A stretch of DNA of 64,000 bases from Phoronis australis (Eukaryota; Animalia; Phoronida), in the NCBI GenBank assembly GCA_002633005.1, contig NMRA01000020.1:950803-1014802 (forward strand), written 5' to 3'. A program made the translations under genes and the position numbers. Under the pieces are notes generated by a model. That model worked only from the letters and a program-made list of their open reading frames with translations. It had not been told where the DNA came from and did not search any database. Every line of letters starts with the position of its first letter. The first letter of the stretch is position 1. Below are positions 23,166 to 37,073 of the stretch, piece after piece.

Positions 23166-24540
23166 CTGGAGAACAATGTACAGAGTCAGTGTTGTATGAA
23201 CTACAGATGTATGTAACCAGACAAAACACCGTGTACTTGTCATGACGGCCAATATCATAGCTGTCATAACAGCAAAAAAAGACTCATTTCTGATAGTAAA
23301 TATAAGGGTGGCAAAACTCTAGATTCAGAATGACTTAGCTGTCTTCATAATTTCCCAGCTAATCTCCCGTCGTTCTGGGTCACGATGGAAGGGTATGACT
23401 CGTGAATTCGACTTCTGCTTGTACTGATATTTTCTGCAGTCTGCACATGACTGAGGACCATGGAAAATAGTGTCAAGATATGAATTAGTACCTTGAATCT
23501 CACATAGGTGGAAATGTGGTAGCAACATCTGGTCAAAACGAGTATGAATTGTTCGTTTGGGTATGGTAGTGCAGCAAAAGCTCATCAATTTATGAAATTA
23601 GGGAGATTAACTTTTCACACAATGTACAATTGAAAACAATTCACAATGTTTATAGATAAAGATGTAATTGTTGGACATTTTGATGCTTTCCAAGAATTAC
23701 TTTTCACCTGGTGCAAAAAATTTCAATCAAGTATTTATTGAGGGCGCTAGACTATTACATGACCAGTTTAGCAATATCTATGGACTAGCCTAAAACACCC
23801 TGGACAATGAAAATACTAAAAACTTTATAAAAAATTTACTAATTCAAACGATGATAATATTCACATAAAAAGGTGAAACGAAAAGGAAAAATAAATGAGC
23901 CACTAGTAATTGTTTTGGAAAGATTTGAATAGCTAATACATTGCAACCCAAAAGTATTCAAACAAAATGACCCTAAATACCCCGTCATGACGGCTGGGCA
24001 GACGCCAAATTCACCATCAGAGTAGTCTCCCCTTACCGCCGAGAATGAAGGGGAATTTACAGGACGGTTAGTAAGGCGACAAAACCATTCTGTAATTAGA
24101 AATTCACCACCAAGAATAATTATTACCAGTAATTTTTGCTGTTAACAGAATTATTCCTCATGAAGGGGGTATGGTGTTTTGTCTGGGTAGTTTGGTCTTG
24201 TAGTGTTGTTCAAGAAGGTATTGGGAAATATTCGTGGCAGTTCTAGAATGAGCATGGCACTGGAAGTAACAATCCGAAGACACATTTAGAAAATTAGGGC
24301 AGCGTTTTTGAGATTTCACTTTGAAATGAACGTCAAATTGAATTTTTTCATGTCAATGAAGCAGCTATTTCTCTATAAACGTGACTTACGTTTTTGCTAA
24401 ATTTTATCAAAAAGCCATGGTCATGTGACCCAATCAATGACAGTTTGATACAAAATAATAAATCAAATTTTATAGGCTTTCTACCTGCAGAAAGTATGTA
24501 TTTTATGCTGACAGAATCAAATTTTACAGTTTTATACATA

Positions 24541-24711
24541 CCGTAAACTCGCGGGCTAACACCCTGACTCAGGGAAATTGCCCACTCCGGACTTTTGCCA
24601 ATTTTCAGTTTAAGTGCTAACTGCTTGGTTAATTGCCCACCCCGTTTCAGGGTTTCCTAATTTATGCGCTCAGGGTGTTAACCCCTCAGGGTGTTAACCC
24701 GTGAGTTTATG
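24541..24711. mobile_element. Small TA-TSD MITE
   Basis: TA|CCGTAAACTCGCGGGCTAACACCCTGA ... TCAGGGTGTTAACCCGTGAGTTTATG|TA, imperfect TIRs. Confidence 0.7.
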
Positions 24712-25875
24712 TAACGACAGACTTGTCAATAAGTTGGTGAATGGTGAAACTTCCGGCATCATCAAATTTAGCGGAGTCAAATCAGACATACTACAACATA
24801 CACCATTATAAGTAAGAGGGGAGTGTGGGACAGATCCTAAGAGACAGCATGATTAACAGCTACTTATGGTAACCAATGGTTTCCATTTTCACATCCATCA
24901 AAGTATATATAACCCTAAAGCTTTTATCACCCAGACCACAAATGTAGACACTTGTCTATTGGGCATATACCTGTATGAGCACAGAAAAAAAAATCCAGTT
25001 TCAGACAGTCTTTTAAATTTGGGAACCTGCAATTCAAGCCAAAATTGAACTTTCTAGATTCTGAAGATTGGAACATGGGCAATTTGGCATTCAATGCGTT
25101 TCTCAACTATTGGGAGACTACATTTTGTATCAACAAAGTCTGAGATAATAGTGGGAAGTAGCTGCCAATACAAAATCCTCTTTCTGGTGAATCCTGAATT
25201 TAGTACCGACAATATTGCTAATTCTAAAATTTGGTACGAATTCTGATATTGAGCAAAATGATTTTTTTGCTGCTCTGAAACTGGAGAATTTTTACAGTAC
25301 CGCTATGTCAAGATGTCACTGAAACTGTTCAGTCAACACTACCAGTATTTGGGAGCAAACATTCTGGTGAGACAGGCATTCGCAAAGACACTGCGACACT
25401 TCTAAGGAAAAAGAGTCGGGAGTATGGTAAACTGTCACTAATTTAGGACACAATATGGCAGACAAGTGAAATTGTATTTTTTGATTTTTTCCAAGAAAAA
25501 TATGAAGCAATAAAGTAATGCTTTTTCAATTTCAAGGTTCAGGTACCAACGCTTGCACCAAATAATAACTTGAAAGAAGTGTAGGCAGCCTTTCAGATCA
25601 ATGTTAGAAGCTTATAAAAATGAAAAAAATGACTATTTTGGTAATTATTTTGTCTGCACTAAGTTGAGCATGGGCATTCAAAAGTGAAAATTTTGATATC
25701 TGGGAATAGGCGTTGAGACAGGAGTAAGGCTGAATGAAAAGGAAACAACATGAAAAGCATGCACAATTTAAATGTTCAATGTTAATCAACTTTTCATTTT
25801 TACATAATCAAATTTCTCGTTTTTCTATGCAACTTTTGCTCGGTTAATAGCCAGATCGGAGATCTATGAATTACC

Positions 25876-25953
25876 CACAGTACACTTTAGTCTACTGTCC
25901 TTCAAGTGACCATACCTACAGTACACTTTAGTCTACTGTCCTTCAAGTGACCA
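25876..25953. repeat. Two-copy ~42-bp tandem duplication
   Basis: ACAGTACACTTTAGTCTACTGTCCTTCAAGTGACCA occurs twice. Confidence 0.85.
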
Positions 25954-28900
25954 GACCACCGAACATCTCTCTGTAGGTGGTCTTTTCCAGCAGCGCAATA
26001 AAAAAAAATTCAATAAGTATTGCTAAAATTGTTACTACTTCAAATGTCACTTAATTTAGTGGATTTTTGCCTTTGGCCATGAAATAAAGAACAGGCCTCC
26101 AACTTTAAATACAAGATAAGTGTCTCATACTGTTAATCAAAACGTCGCGTTGAGCATGAATTTAAAGGTTTGATGAAGAAAAAACATGCCTAATATGCTT
26201 CCTCTTGTAATTAAAATGCCAACTGGAAACAATAAAACATAATCAAATTAACTTGAAATGGCTATAAACCTGAATTCCGTCCATTCAAGAAGCGAACTTT
26301 GGTACTTTCTGCTACAAAATTTGTCTCAACTGGTTCTGTACTCAGATTTCTGGGATGACAAAGAATTGACAGTTGGGAATTCCTTGTCCAGACGAAGGGT
26401 GGTGAACAAAACGTGACAAGTTCACATACAAGAACCTTGCGTGCATTCAGTAAAGATAGGACCTACACTTGGTCCTAGATAAAATCTAGCCAGAGTTATC
26501 TCGGGAAGTCTTGCTTTTCAGCGAGGTCCTAGCATTACTGAACAGGAGGCTGGTCTCAGTGAAAACCAAACCATGTGTTCTTCTGAAGCGCAGGAAATCC
26601 CCTACAATTAGTCTAAGGAATAACTTGATGTTCAAGTGGTCTACACCAAAAGTTGGTTTTGTGATGGGAGGCACGTGTTTTATAGTTGCTTTAAAGAGTT
26701 ATACATTTCAGAAATAGTAAACTCAAACAAAACTTGGTGGAATGAGTTACAGTTTGGGTAAGCCACTTTCTTCCTGCAGCATGGACTACAGCATATCACC
26801 CACTTCCACAACAGTGAGTCCTCTAAATCAAAAACTGATTTCTGTGATGAAAGGTGTAATTTTGGCTTAGGGGGTTTCACATTAAAATTAACATTCAAAA
26901 CAATAAAATCTCGATGAAATTAATTTTCAAAACCAAAGTGATAAAGCAATAAACATGCGATAAATAAAATTGTTTCTTCATCAACAATAAAAAATAGTTT
27001 TTAACCGAATACCAATGCACTTTGTGAAGTTCGATGCTGCAGGGCAAGACTAAAGACTAGGCAATCAGTTCAAAATAGAAAATAAACATTGTTGAAAAAG
27101 GATCGTTTGTCTGGATATCGCTTTTGTTAATAGAACTAAAGGAATGCAGAGTTTTTAGTGACACAGGGAAAGAATGCCCAACTTTTTTAATTGAATCATA
27201 CGTTTGTGGGGATGATGCGAAGACAAAAACCACACATAATGGCAGAAAAATGAAACACAATACACTGGACTTTTGTGAGGGTTAGCACCCATCTTTGATA
27301 TAACACTGACCCTCGAAACTTCCAAATTTACATTCTCAAATGGCCACACTTGGTTTTAGGGGTCAAAAACAAGTTTTTGAGATTATCATTGTATGGGAGA
27401 GACTTCTTGAAGTTATATTAGCTTTGACCAGAAACAGCAAAATTTGCTGTTTGGTGATTTGATTAGAAATTAATGATTTTCGTCACCAGCTTCCAGCCAT
27501 TTGTTGAAATTATGGCAAATCATGGCCTGAGTGTCTCTATCAGTTAATATGCTTAAAAACTTGACCACCAGGCCAATGGGTTTTAGCACGAATGGGTTTT
27601 AGCAATACTGCAACCACTGAGGTCGAGAGTTCAAATACAACTTTGGGCTGATCTCAAATAAACAGTATTGAGGGCAAGTGTTTCACTTTAACACCTATGC
27701 TACGCCTAATATCCACTCCCCAGTTTTTTGTCCAAAATTGGTGAGATTTTACTGTAAGACATTCCACCGCTGTGTGCATGAATTGTGATGTCAGTGCAGT
27801 ACCTTAGGACAAAAACCCAACCAACAGTTTGGAAAAAAACACATATGCCCTTGGCTTCTTAAAAAATTGTTTTTATATGCATGCGCTTGGCTTAAAGCTC
27901 TACCTCCTGACTTTTTCCCAATCAAAGTGGTCCGTGGGTGACAACAAATACATGTATGGTAATAGTTTATCGTTAAAAGAAATTAGCGAAAACACAATCA
28001 AATAGCAATTACTTTTACTGTACTGAACTTGTATTTCAGAAAGAGGTGCAACTAGTTATCTGCCAATTCCCATGCTTTTTAAGCATTTTTAATGACGCAG
28101 GGGCGCCATTAGTGGAATTACCCCGAGGAAAATATGAAATATGAAGAACTATTAATCCGGATGAAAGAGATTCGACTCGATAACAATTTAAATGCAGGAC
28201 GTCATACTATCAAAAATATTTGTGCGTGAAACAGCTCGAGGGCACTCTTAGTAAACTTTAGTTTTGAGCAGATTCTCGGTGGAGAACTAAATGTGGAGGG
28301 GAAGAGGAAGTGTGGTAGTTGGAAATGAATACAAGGTCCTGCTTTGAAGCTAAAGATTTACACACGTGTATCAAATTTCGAGCTCACATCAGTTTAGTAA
28401 GCATGGGCTTTGAAGAAGAGGATGACTTTGAGAACAACCACATCGTTTTGTCATTGGTATATACGCTTCCAGGAAAAAAATGGTACACGACTCCAAACTT
28501 CCCCTCTCAACTGATACATGAATGTGGTCAAGTCAAATTACAGAAAATGTATTTATCTAACAATTTACACTAAACGACAGCCTACATGGAGGAAACTTTC
28601 ATTTACACAAGTTCACATTTTTGGGCAATTTATTTAGAAAAGGAGGAAACATTGAAGAATATACTGCACCATACCATTCCTTACTATAAAGGAGTGGAGA
28701 CAATTGTAGCCATGTAAGTGTACTTACGGCACCAGTGTTCAACTGTCATGAGAGAAACAAAATTTTTGATTTAGATCATGTTCTCATAAAAACTTTTCTC
28801 ATTTCGCTTTTTACTCAGAAGTTACTTGGTTTCTGAGCTCCAAAAAATAATTTAAAGACAGGTACGTATCAGGTTGTTCTGTAATAAAATGAGAGGTGTT

Positions 28901-29256
28901 TTCTGGGTTTGGGACGGACTAGCCGAGTCCTGCTTGAGATCAGTCTCGCCAGGGGCATAAAATGACAAATGTGAATTAAGCCAACCTGCACTGCGACCTC
29001 AGATAGGTCTCAAAAACAAGTATGAACCGTCGGTATTTCAAGACCAGAAATCATCTCCAGTTTGAGTAGAGACCTACTTGTGACCAATTTCACAACTGTA
29101 AGTGAGGCAACAGTCATTAATAAAGGGTCCCAGATTTTGAGAGTCAGTTAAATGCCTGTTCAGTGAAGAAGACTGCTTCTCAAATGTGAGATTCCTAAGA
29201 CCGACTACTACCTTAAGTGGTCTCAATCGCAAGTTGTTTTTTAACAGAAAACAGGC

Positions 29257-32200
29257 TTTTAATAGAATAGCAATTATTATGGCAATCTGAGAACCCATGG
29301 AGAATAGCATCACTAACTTCCGTCTTTGTAGAAGAAATGAAACAAGCAAGAAAAACAAATCATAGTGTCTGACTGCAACTCAGACTTCACATGGATTTAA
29401 ATAAGAAATCATACAGTTGAGTAAATAATTCTTTAGTGCCATCCAGACAAATTGCCGCCAAGCACAATAAAGTCTTGACTTGTTTTATTGCTGATTAGTT
29501 TTGTATTTTATGGGCACAAAGCCCTTATCTAAATAAGCATATTTTTTCAAACTCCTGGTTGGATCACTCCCGCCCAGAGTCAAAGACAAACTGCATGTTT
29601 ATGTATTTGTAAGAATGCAATCCAGTTGTAACTTGTTTTTCATGCACTACAAAGTAGCCATTTCTGTATGATGCTTGACAGTTTAAAGTACCCTACTCAT
29701 GAAGCTGCATAACTGCCAAACACCCAGCATGGTCCAACAGGCTTACACCCATTTTAATTTTGGGAAGAGGAGAATTATGACACAACCTCACCTGTGGTAG
29801 GCCTACTAACTTAACAATGGGGAAAATAGGTACAAAAGTGACAAATCCAATGTGAATGAGTGTTCCAAACAATGGTGTTTTCAAGTTGGATTTGCGACAG
29901 ACTTTTACTCTAGTTCACTAAAACTGCACATATTACACGTTATAATTCCTCGTTTTGTCAGCAAACAGCGAAACGAAGTCCTTAAAAAGTAACGAACAGG
30001 TAAAGTTTAAAAAACATCATTTTTACTAAAGCCATTCAGTATTGTAGGGCCAGATCAAGAACAAAAACAAAATCACAAACAGGAAACGTAACTGGTCTGG
30101 ACAGAGAATGATGATTAAATTCCATTCGTAATTATCAAGGTTAGGCGGGTTGGGAAATGTTAAACTCTGCTGGCAAATGTATGCACATGTGTCCTGGGTA
30201 CTGACCCACAAATTAAATTGATAATAAAAAGTCATCTCCTCTTACTGGGTTCATAGGCAGTGGTAACATGTCATAGACTGCCATGAAACCTATTGTTGCC
30301 ATGGGCACCTTACCCTAGTCAGGTTACACAGTCAATTGTGTGACGCATCCTTGTATAAGTGGTGATGAATCAAAATTCCTTTAGTTTCCCCGTTTCCGAA
30401 AATATCCAAAAAATAAATACATTGGATCGAGATCTATACAAACTATTAACTTCGTATAGATAAACTTGTGTTTTCATCATAGTCATCTTTAGTTATTTGA
30501 AACCAAATTACATGTTGAAAGATATTTAATGTTGTTTCTTCGCAAGTACAAGATATGTGACACATGTAAAATGACAGCACCATGGCATCTCAGGCGGATC
30601 AAACCAACAGAAAATGTATATTTTTGTAAATGTATATCACAATCTTTGATAAACTGCATTCAAGAAAACCAGTTTGAAGTGTCCCTGATGAATTTGTGTT
30701 ACTCCTCAAATGGATGAGAATTTTTAGCCGCTCTACAACAAACTTTTGTTTTAATAAGCACTTGCTTTACATAATTCAGGATCCGTTAATGTTATGTAGT
30801 ATTCTCAAAAACTGAGTGACCTGTTAGAGTGTCCCGCGATCGTTTTACAAAGACTTCATTTGTGATATGTTTGTAAATACGTGCACTGTCAATCAAATTT
30901 CAGTTATTAACAGCCACAGGTCCTTTTAAAGATTGTACAATCTATAAGATGGAGTTCAGTAGATGTCTCGCAGCGAGAAAAAGAATCTCGCCAAAATCAT
31001 GTGCTCTCATTTAATACATGGCAACACCTCTCCCTATCTCACAGACTTTCTTTTCTAGCCAGGTCCTGGTATTATTGAACTCTACACAGGTTTACCATAA
31101 GTGCAGGTGAGAAATACTCATACTTAATGCCACTGTCAACTTCTCAAAGGTCTGCATATGATTTACAAGAAAATGTTCCGTGACAATAACTTTTATAGAA
31201 TGATTGCCATCAGTTGGTTTGAGTAGATGGATTAGCAAGGGGTCAAGGTCGCTAGTAACACTCCAAACCACTTGCTGTGCAGTAAAATCTTACCAATATC
31301 AGGCACAAATGTTTGGCATTTTGATCGTTTTTTCATAGATCAAAAACCTCTAATCTTTGAAGTGGTGTCCATAAATTCTTTGTCTAGTGGTGGCTATAGT
31401 ATGGTGTGTAAAAATGATAAGGCTTTACTTCTGGTTTTTTTAGATTCATCAATTTTGTNNNNNNNNNNNNNNNNNNNNNNNNNNNNNNNNNNNNNNNNNN
31501 NNNNNNNNNNNNNNNNNNNNNNNNNNNNNNNNNNNNNNNNNNNNNNNNNNNNNNNNNNNNNNNNNNNNNNNNNNNNNNNNNNNNNNNNNNNNNNNNNTTT
31601 TAATAGAATAGCAATTATTATGGCAATCTGAGAACCCATGGAGAATAGCATCACTAACATCCGTCTTTGTAGAAGAAATGAAACAAGCAAGAAAAACAAA
31701 TCATAGTGTCTGACTGCAACTCAGACTTCACATGGATTTAAATAAGAAATCATACAGTTGAGTAAATAATTCTTTAATGCCATCCAGACAAATTGCCGCC
31801 AAGCACAATAAAGTCTTGACTTGTTTTACTGCTGATTAGTCTTGTATTTTATGGGCACAAAGCCCTTATCTAAATAAGCATATTTTTTCAAACTCCTGGT
31901 TGGATCACTCCCGCCCTGAGTCAAAAACAAACTGCATGTTTAGTATTTGTAAGAATGAAATCCAGTTGTAACTTGTTTTTCACCACTCCTAAGTAGCCAT
32001 TTCTGCATGACGCTTGACAGTTTAAAGTACCCTACCCATGAAGCTGCATAACCGCCAAACACCCAGCATGGTCCAACACGCTTACACCCATTTTAATTTT
32101 GGGAAGAGGAGAATTATGACACAACCTCACCTGTGGTAGGCCTACTAACTTAACAATGGGGAAAATAGGTACAAAAGTGACATATCCAATGTGAATGAGT

Positions 32201-34367
32201 GTTCCAAACAATGGTGTTTTCAAGTCGGATTTGTGACAGACTTTTACTCTAGTTCACTTTAAAACTGCATCAATTACACGTTATAATTCCTCGTTCTGTC
32301 TTCAAACAGCGAAATGAAGTCCTTAAAAAGTAATGAACAGGTAAAGTTTAAAAAACATCATTTTTACTACAGCCATTTAGTAGTGTAGGGCCAGATCAGA
32401 AACAAAAACAAAATCACAAACAGGAAACGTAACTGGTCTGGACAAAGAATGGTGATTAAATTCCATTCGTAATTATCAAGGTTAGGCGGGTTGGGAAATG
32501 TTAAACTCTGCTGGCAAATGTATGCACATGTGTCCTGGGTACTGACCCACAAATTAAATTGATAATAAAAGTCATCTCCTCTTACTGGGTTCATAGGCAG
32601 TGGTAACATGTCATAGACTGCCATGAAACCTATTGTTGCCATGGGCACCTTACCCTAGTCAGGTTACACAGTAAATTGTATGACGCATCCTTGTATAAGT
32701 GGTGATGAATCAAAATTCCTTTAGTTTCCCCGTTTCCAAAAATATCCAAAAAATTAATACATTGCATCGAGATCTATGCAAACTATTAACTTAGTATACA
32801 TAAACCTGTGTTTTTATCATAGTCATCTCTAGTTATTTGAAACCAAATTACACGTTGAAAGATATTCAATGTTGTTTCTTCACAAGTACAAGATATATGA
32901 CACATGTAAAATGACAACACCATGGTATCTCAGGCGGATCAAACCTACAGAAAATGTATATTTTTGTATTGTATATCACAATCTTTGATAAACTGTATTC
33001 AAGAGAACCAGTTTGAAGTGTCCCTGATGAATTTGTGTTACTCCTCAAATGGATGAGAATTTTTAGCCCCTCTACAACAAACTTCTGTTTTAATAAGCAC
33101 TTGCTTTACATACCGGTAATTCAGGATCCGTCAATGCATGTAGTATTCTCAAAAAATGTTTTTAAAAAGTCGCAGCGAGTGATTTGTGTCCCTGAGTGTC
33201 CCGCGATCATTTTACGAAGACTTCATTGGTGATATGTTTGTAAATACGTCCATTGTCACTGGTAAAAGCATAAGAAATTGAACTTTTGCGGTAATATTTT
33301 TTGCTCTGCTGTGCATTACTGTTTAGTGCCCTAAGGTACAAACAAGGCAGGACAGCGTGCACTTCAGAGAACATCAACTGCCAACTGAGTGATTCCGGCA
33401 TATTTGTTGGCGTTTTCACGCATGTGGTCAGTGTTTAGGTTTTAACATGTGGAGAACACTGAAATGTGACAGGCCCCCTAGCACTGGTTGCAAACTGCCT
33501 CAGTGTTCTCCACACTCAAACATTCAAACATTCAAACATTCAAACAGGTCGCGTTTACAACCATTTTGGAAATTTAGACAGTGTGCAGTATGTGTATATC
33601 ATAGCGACAATGGAAAAAATCAATTGTTTCACGTGCTACTTAAACAGGTCAAAAGGAAAACCAAACAGGTCATGGAGAACAATGTGCCAATAACAAGCAA
33701 ACTCTACATTCATTTGCAAAATATCATTTTTAAATGTTAAATGTGTTTTCATTTTGTGCAGTGGAAAGATTACATCAATATAGACTTGCAAGATAATTCA
33801 ATCAAAGTTCAGTTATTAACAGCCACAGGTCCTTTTAAAGATTGTACAATCTATAAGATGGAGTTCAGTAGATGTCTCGCAGCGAGAAAAAGAATCTCGT
33901 CAAAATCATGTGCTCTCATTTAATACACGGCAACACCTCTCCCTATCTCACAGACTTTCTTTTCTAGCCAGGTCCTGGTATTATTGAACTCTACACAGGT
34001 TTACCATAAGTGCAGGTGAGAAATACTCGTACTTAATGCCACTGTCAACTTCTCAAAGGTCTGCATATGATTTACAAGAAAATGTTCCGTGACAATAACT
34101 TTTATAGAATGATTGCCATCAGTTGGTTTGAGTAGATGGATTAGCAAGGGGTCAAGGTCGCTAGTAACACTCCAAACCACTTGCTGTGCAGTAAAATCTT
34201 ACCAATATCAGGCAAAAATGTTTGGCATTTTGATCGTTTTTTCATAGATCAAAAACCTCTAATCTTTGAAGTGGTGTCCATAAATTCTTTGTCTAGTGGT
34301 GGCTATAGTATGGTGTGTAAAAATGATAAGGCTTTACTTCTGGTTTTTTTAGATTCATCAATTTTGT
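29257..34367. repeat. Tandem 2.2/2.8 kb duplication flanking an N gap (29257-31458 vs 31598-34367), likely uncollapsed alleles
   Basis: Highly similar copies with scattered substitutions. Copy 1 ends and copy 2 begins exactly at the gap edges. Copy 2 has an extra 542 bp (33259-33800). Confidence 0.9.
31459..31597. other. Assembly gap
   Basis: Run of N. Confidence 1.
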
Positions 34368-36696
34368 ACAAAATAACAAATCATTTTTTCATCTTTCAAA
34401 GGCTTGAATCCAATTTCTGAAAAGATCTGATGCTGGTAGACAGTAGTCATCGCATATAAATTACATATCGCCAGCATCAGTTTAGTGCGACTTGTCCTTT
34501 AGGAAAAAGAGCAAATAAAAAATTTCACTTCTCCGCCATATTGTGACCTAAACTGACGAGATTTTACCATACTTAATTTTCATGAAAGAAAAAACAAAAT
34601 TTTGTTTGTCTGTAATTAACTCTGTCTTAAGTTGAAGATTTTATCTGAACTTCACTTTCATGAAAATAAAAACAAACATGAAAATAAAAACAAAATGTCT
34701 TCCGTCCGCCATACATTGTCCTTGTGCTCTAACAGTGTTCATTATGTGCTCAGACAATAACACCATGCCAACAGGTGGCACTATTAGCAATAACATGATT
34801 TTTATGTGAGTGTCATTGCCATACATGACTAGGGCAAAAACTGAGACATCAAAAACCCTGAATTCCATCAATAAATTCTCTTTCCCATGTAAATCAAATC
34901 AATTTACATTTTTAAAATTTTGAAATCAAGACTTTTATTTTATCTCAGTTAACATATCTGTGACACATTTTGTTAGTGCCCAAGACTATTTTTACATTCA
35001 TAGTAAAAAACATGGGCACACTTGACAGTAAATCAATTGCCTCGTAAACCACAGTTTCCGCCAATTAAGGGCCATTAATTGAAACACTTCACCTAGGACT
35101 GGACAAGGCAAATGATCCCAACAAGAGTTACAAAGCATAATTGAAATACCATTTACCTGATTCAGGGCATCAGGTGTTGAACCCATTTTCAGGACAGCAA
35201 GCATGTGTTCCTATCTGTTACTTTCATTCAGAAGAGGCAAGCAAAATTTAGTTCATGTATTTAAGAGCTAGGGTACTTGGAGTCCATAAACAATGTTATA
35301 AATCAGTGTATATATTTAACTGATAGTGTAAGGCTAAAAATAATGCACTAATTGTTTACCTTATCAAACAACACTGCTATAAAGGGTGGAGTTTTTTCCA
35401 TCAAGCCTGAAAATGGCTGTACTCAGAATCTCAACTAAATTTGTAGACACTGTCACTTCAAACAGTCAGGGCAGGCTCCTACATTTGTTGACATAAAAAG
35501 CGCCTTAATGAAGATAAAATAAAGAAAGCCCAGCAACAGTTTTTGCAATTGGTCATCTAAACCGGTTGAATATTTCTAAGACATATCGCATTGCCAAGTG
35601 ACAGTAATAGCCGACATCAAGAGCAAATGGGATCAACAAGTTTGTACAGTCCAATCTTTATGTAAACCTTTTCTAGCTGAAATGAGAGGACTATTGGCAT
35701 TCTGTCAAGAATGGCCACAGAACCACCTGCAATGTGCCATTAATTCTGCACAACTGGTGACAGAGTGCAGCTGCAATCCAGAAGATCTTTCCCTGGCTTA
35801 CCAAGAGGTTGTTCACGTTTTGAAAACAGGACATACGAAGTCAAAAACTTCATCTTGATTTTCTTTAGACACATTTTGGTGCAAAATATGAAACAGATGA
35901 AACATTTCAGAACTACGTAAGCAATCTGCACGGAAGAGACAGATGCCACAGAGATTCTCCACCTCATCGGAATGAATAGATTTTTGTGACTCTTGATGCC
36001 CTTACTGCCTTTTGGGGGTAGAAATTAGTTTCTGTCATGATAAGGAAAGATTTGTACGGCAATCTACCTGGTTGTTTAACCTGGTTCCTCATTTGCACTT
36101 TAGGTGGTGGTTAATGAAGCAACAGACCCTTTAAGAATCACTTGCCACAACCTGTGCAAGGTCTAACACCAATGGCACTGATTGCCACTGACAGTAGCAA
36201 GCCTATCAGAATGGAGAAACAACACCAACTTCCTGCGTTGATGGTGAAAGACATGCTTTTTTCAAATACTAATTACATCAAAATGTCAGCGTGCAACTAA
36301 TGGACGAAGGCATTTAGAAGCACCAGAGGCACCGGGAATAAAAAGGGAAAAGTAAATCGTTAGGAATTGAATTAAAATTCTTGCGAGATCAGTTTCAAAA
36401 GAGCCGCCATTTGCAAATGATTTGAACCTCAATGGATGCCATTAAGATGTACACACGAAATATTGTACCAGGTAATTTTAAAAGCGTGTTGGTCTTACAG
36501 AAAAGTTTGAAAATTTGGTGATAACAACTAAAAAGAAAACTAACATTTACTAGAAACAACTTTTTCTTAAAGTGGCTCTATATCAGCTTTCTGTCCAAGA
36601 AGCAAACTTTTGATTAACGTATGCCACACACTGAGTTATAAAATTGTCCTTAAATTGTTCATTACTCAGATGAGAAGTGATTTGATGTTTGTAAGG

Positions 36697-37073
36697 AAAT
36701 GACAGTCAGGTATTGGTTGAAACCATCTCAGGGCATAAAATGACAGTCAGGTATTGGTTGAAACCATCTCAGGGCATAAAATGACAGTCAGGTATTGGTT
36801 GAAACCATCTCAGGGCATAAAATGACAGTCAGGTATTGGTTGAAACCATCTCAGGGCATAAAATGACAGTCAGGTATTGGTTGAAACCATCTCAGGGCAT
36901 AAAATGACAGTCAGGTATTGGTTGAAACCATCTCAGGGCATAAAATGACAGTCAGGTATTGGTTGAAACCATCTCAGGGCATAAAATGACAGTCAGGTAT
37001 TGGTTGAAACCATCTCAGGGCATAAAATGACAGTCAGGTATTGGTTGAAACCATCTCAGGGCATAAAATGACA
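36697..37073. repeat. 41-bp minisatellite, 9 identical copies
   Basis: Unit AAAATGACAGTCAGGTATTGGTTGAAACCATCTCAGGGCAT, period 41, no spacers. Confidence 0.97.

Noticed and set aside
23325-23588. ORF just upstream of DRAK exon 2 as an alternative first exon
   Set aside because: The available donor (CAAG|gtacta) is phase 1 in the Met-containing frame, while exon 2 needs phase 2. The exon at 54662-54768 fits far better.
24960-24995. Possible recursive splice site (ttttttttctgtgctcatacag|gtatat) in the long intron
   Set aside because: The regenerated donor is weak and the site is only 1.8 kb from exon 2. It cannot be distinguished from chance.
36697-37073. CRISPR-like array
   Set aside because: Head-to-tail identical units with no unique spacers, no cas genes, and a eukaryotic intron context.
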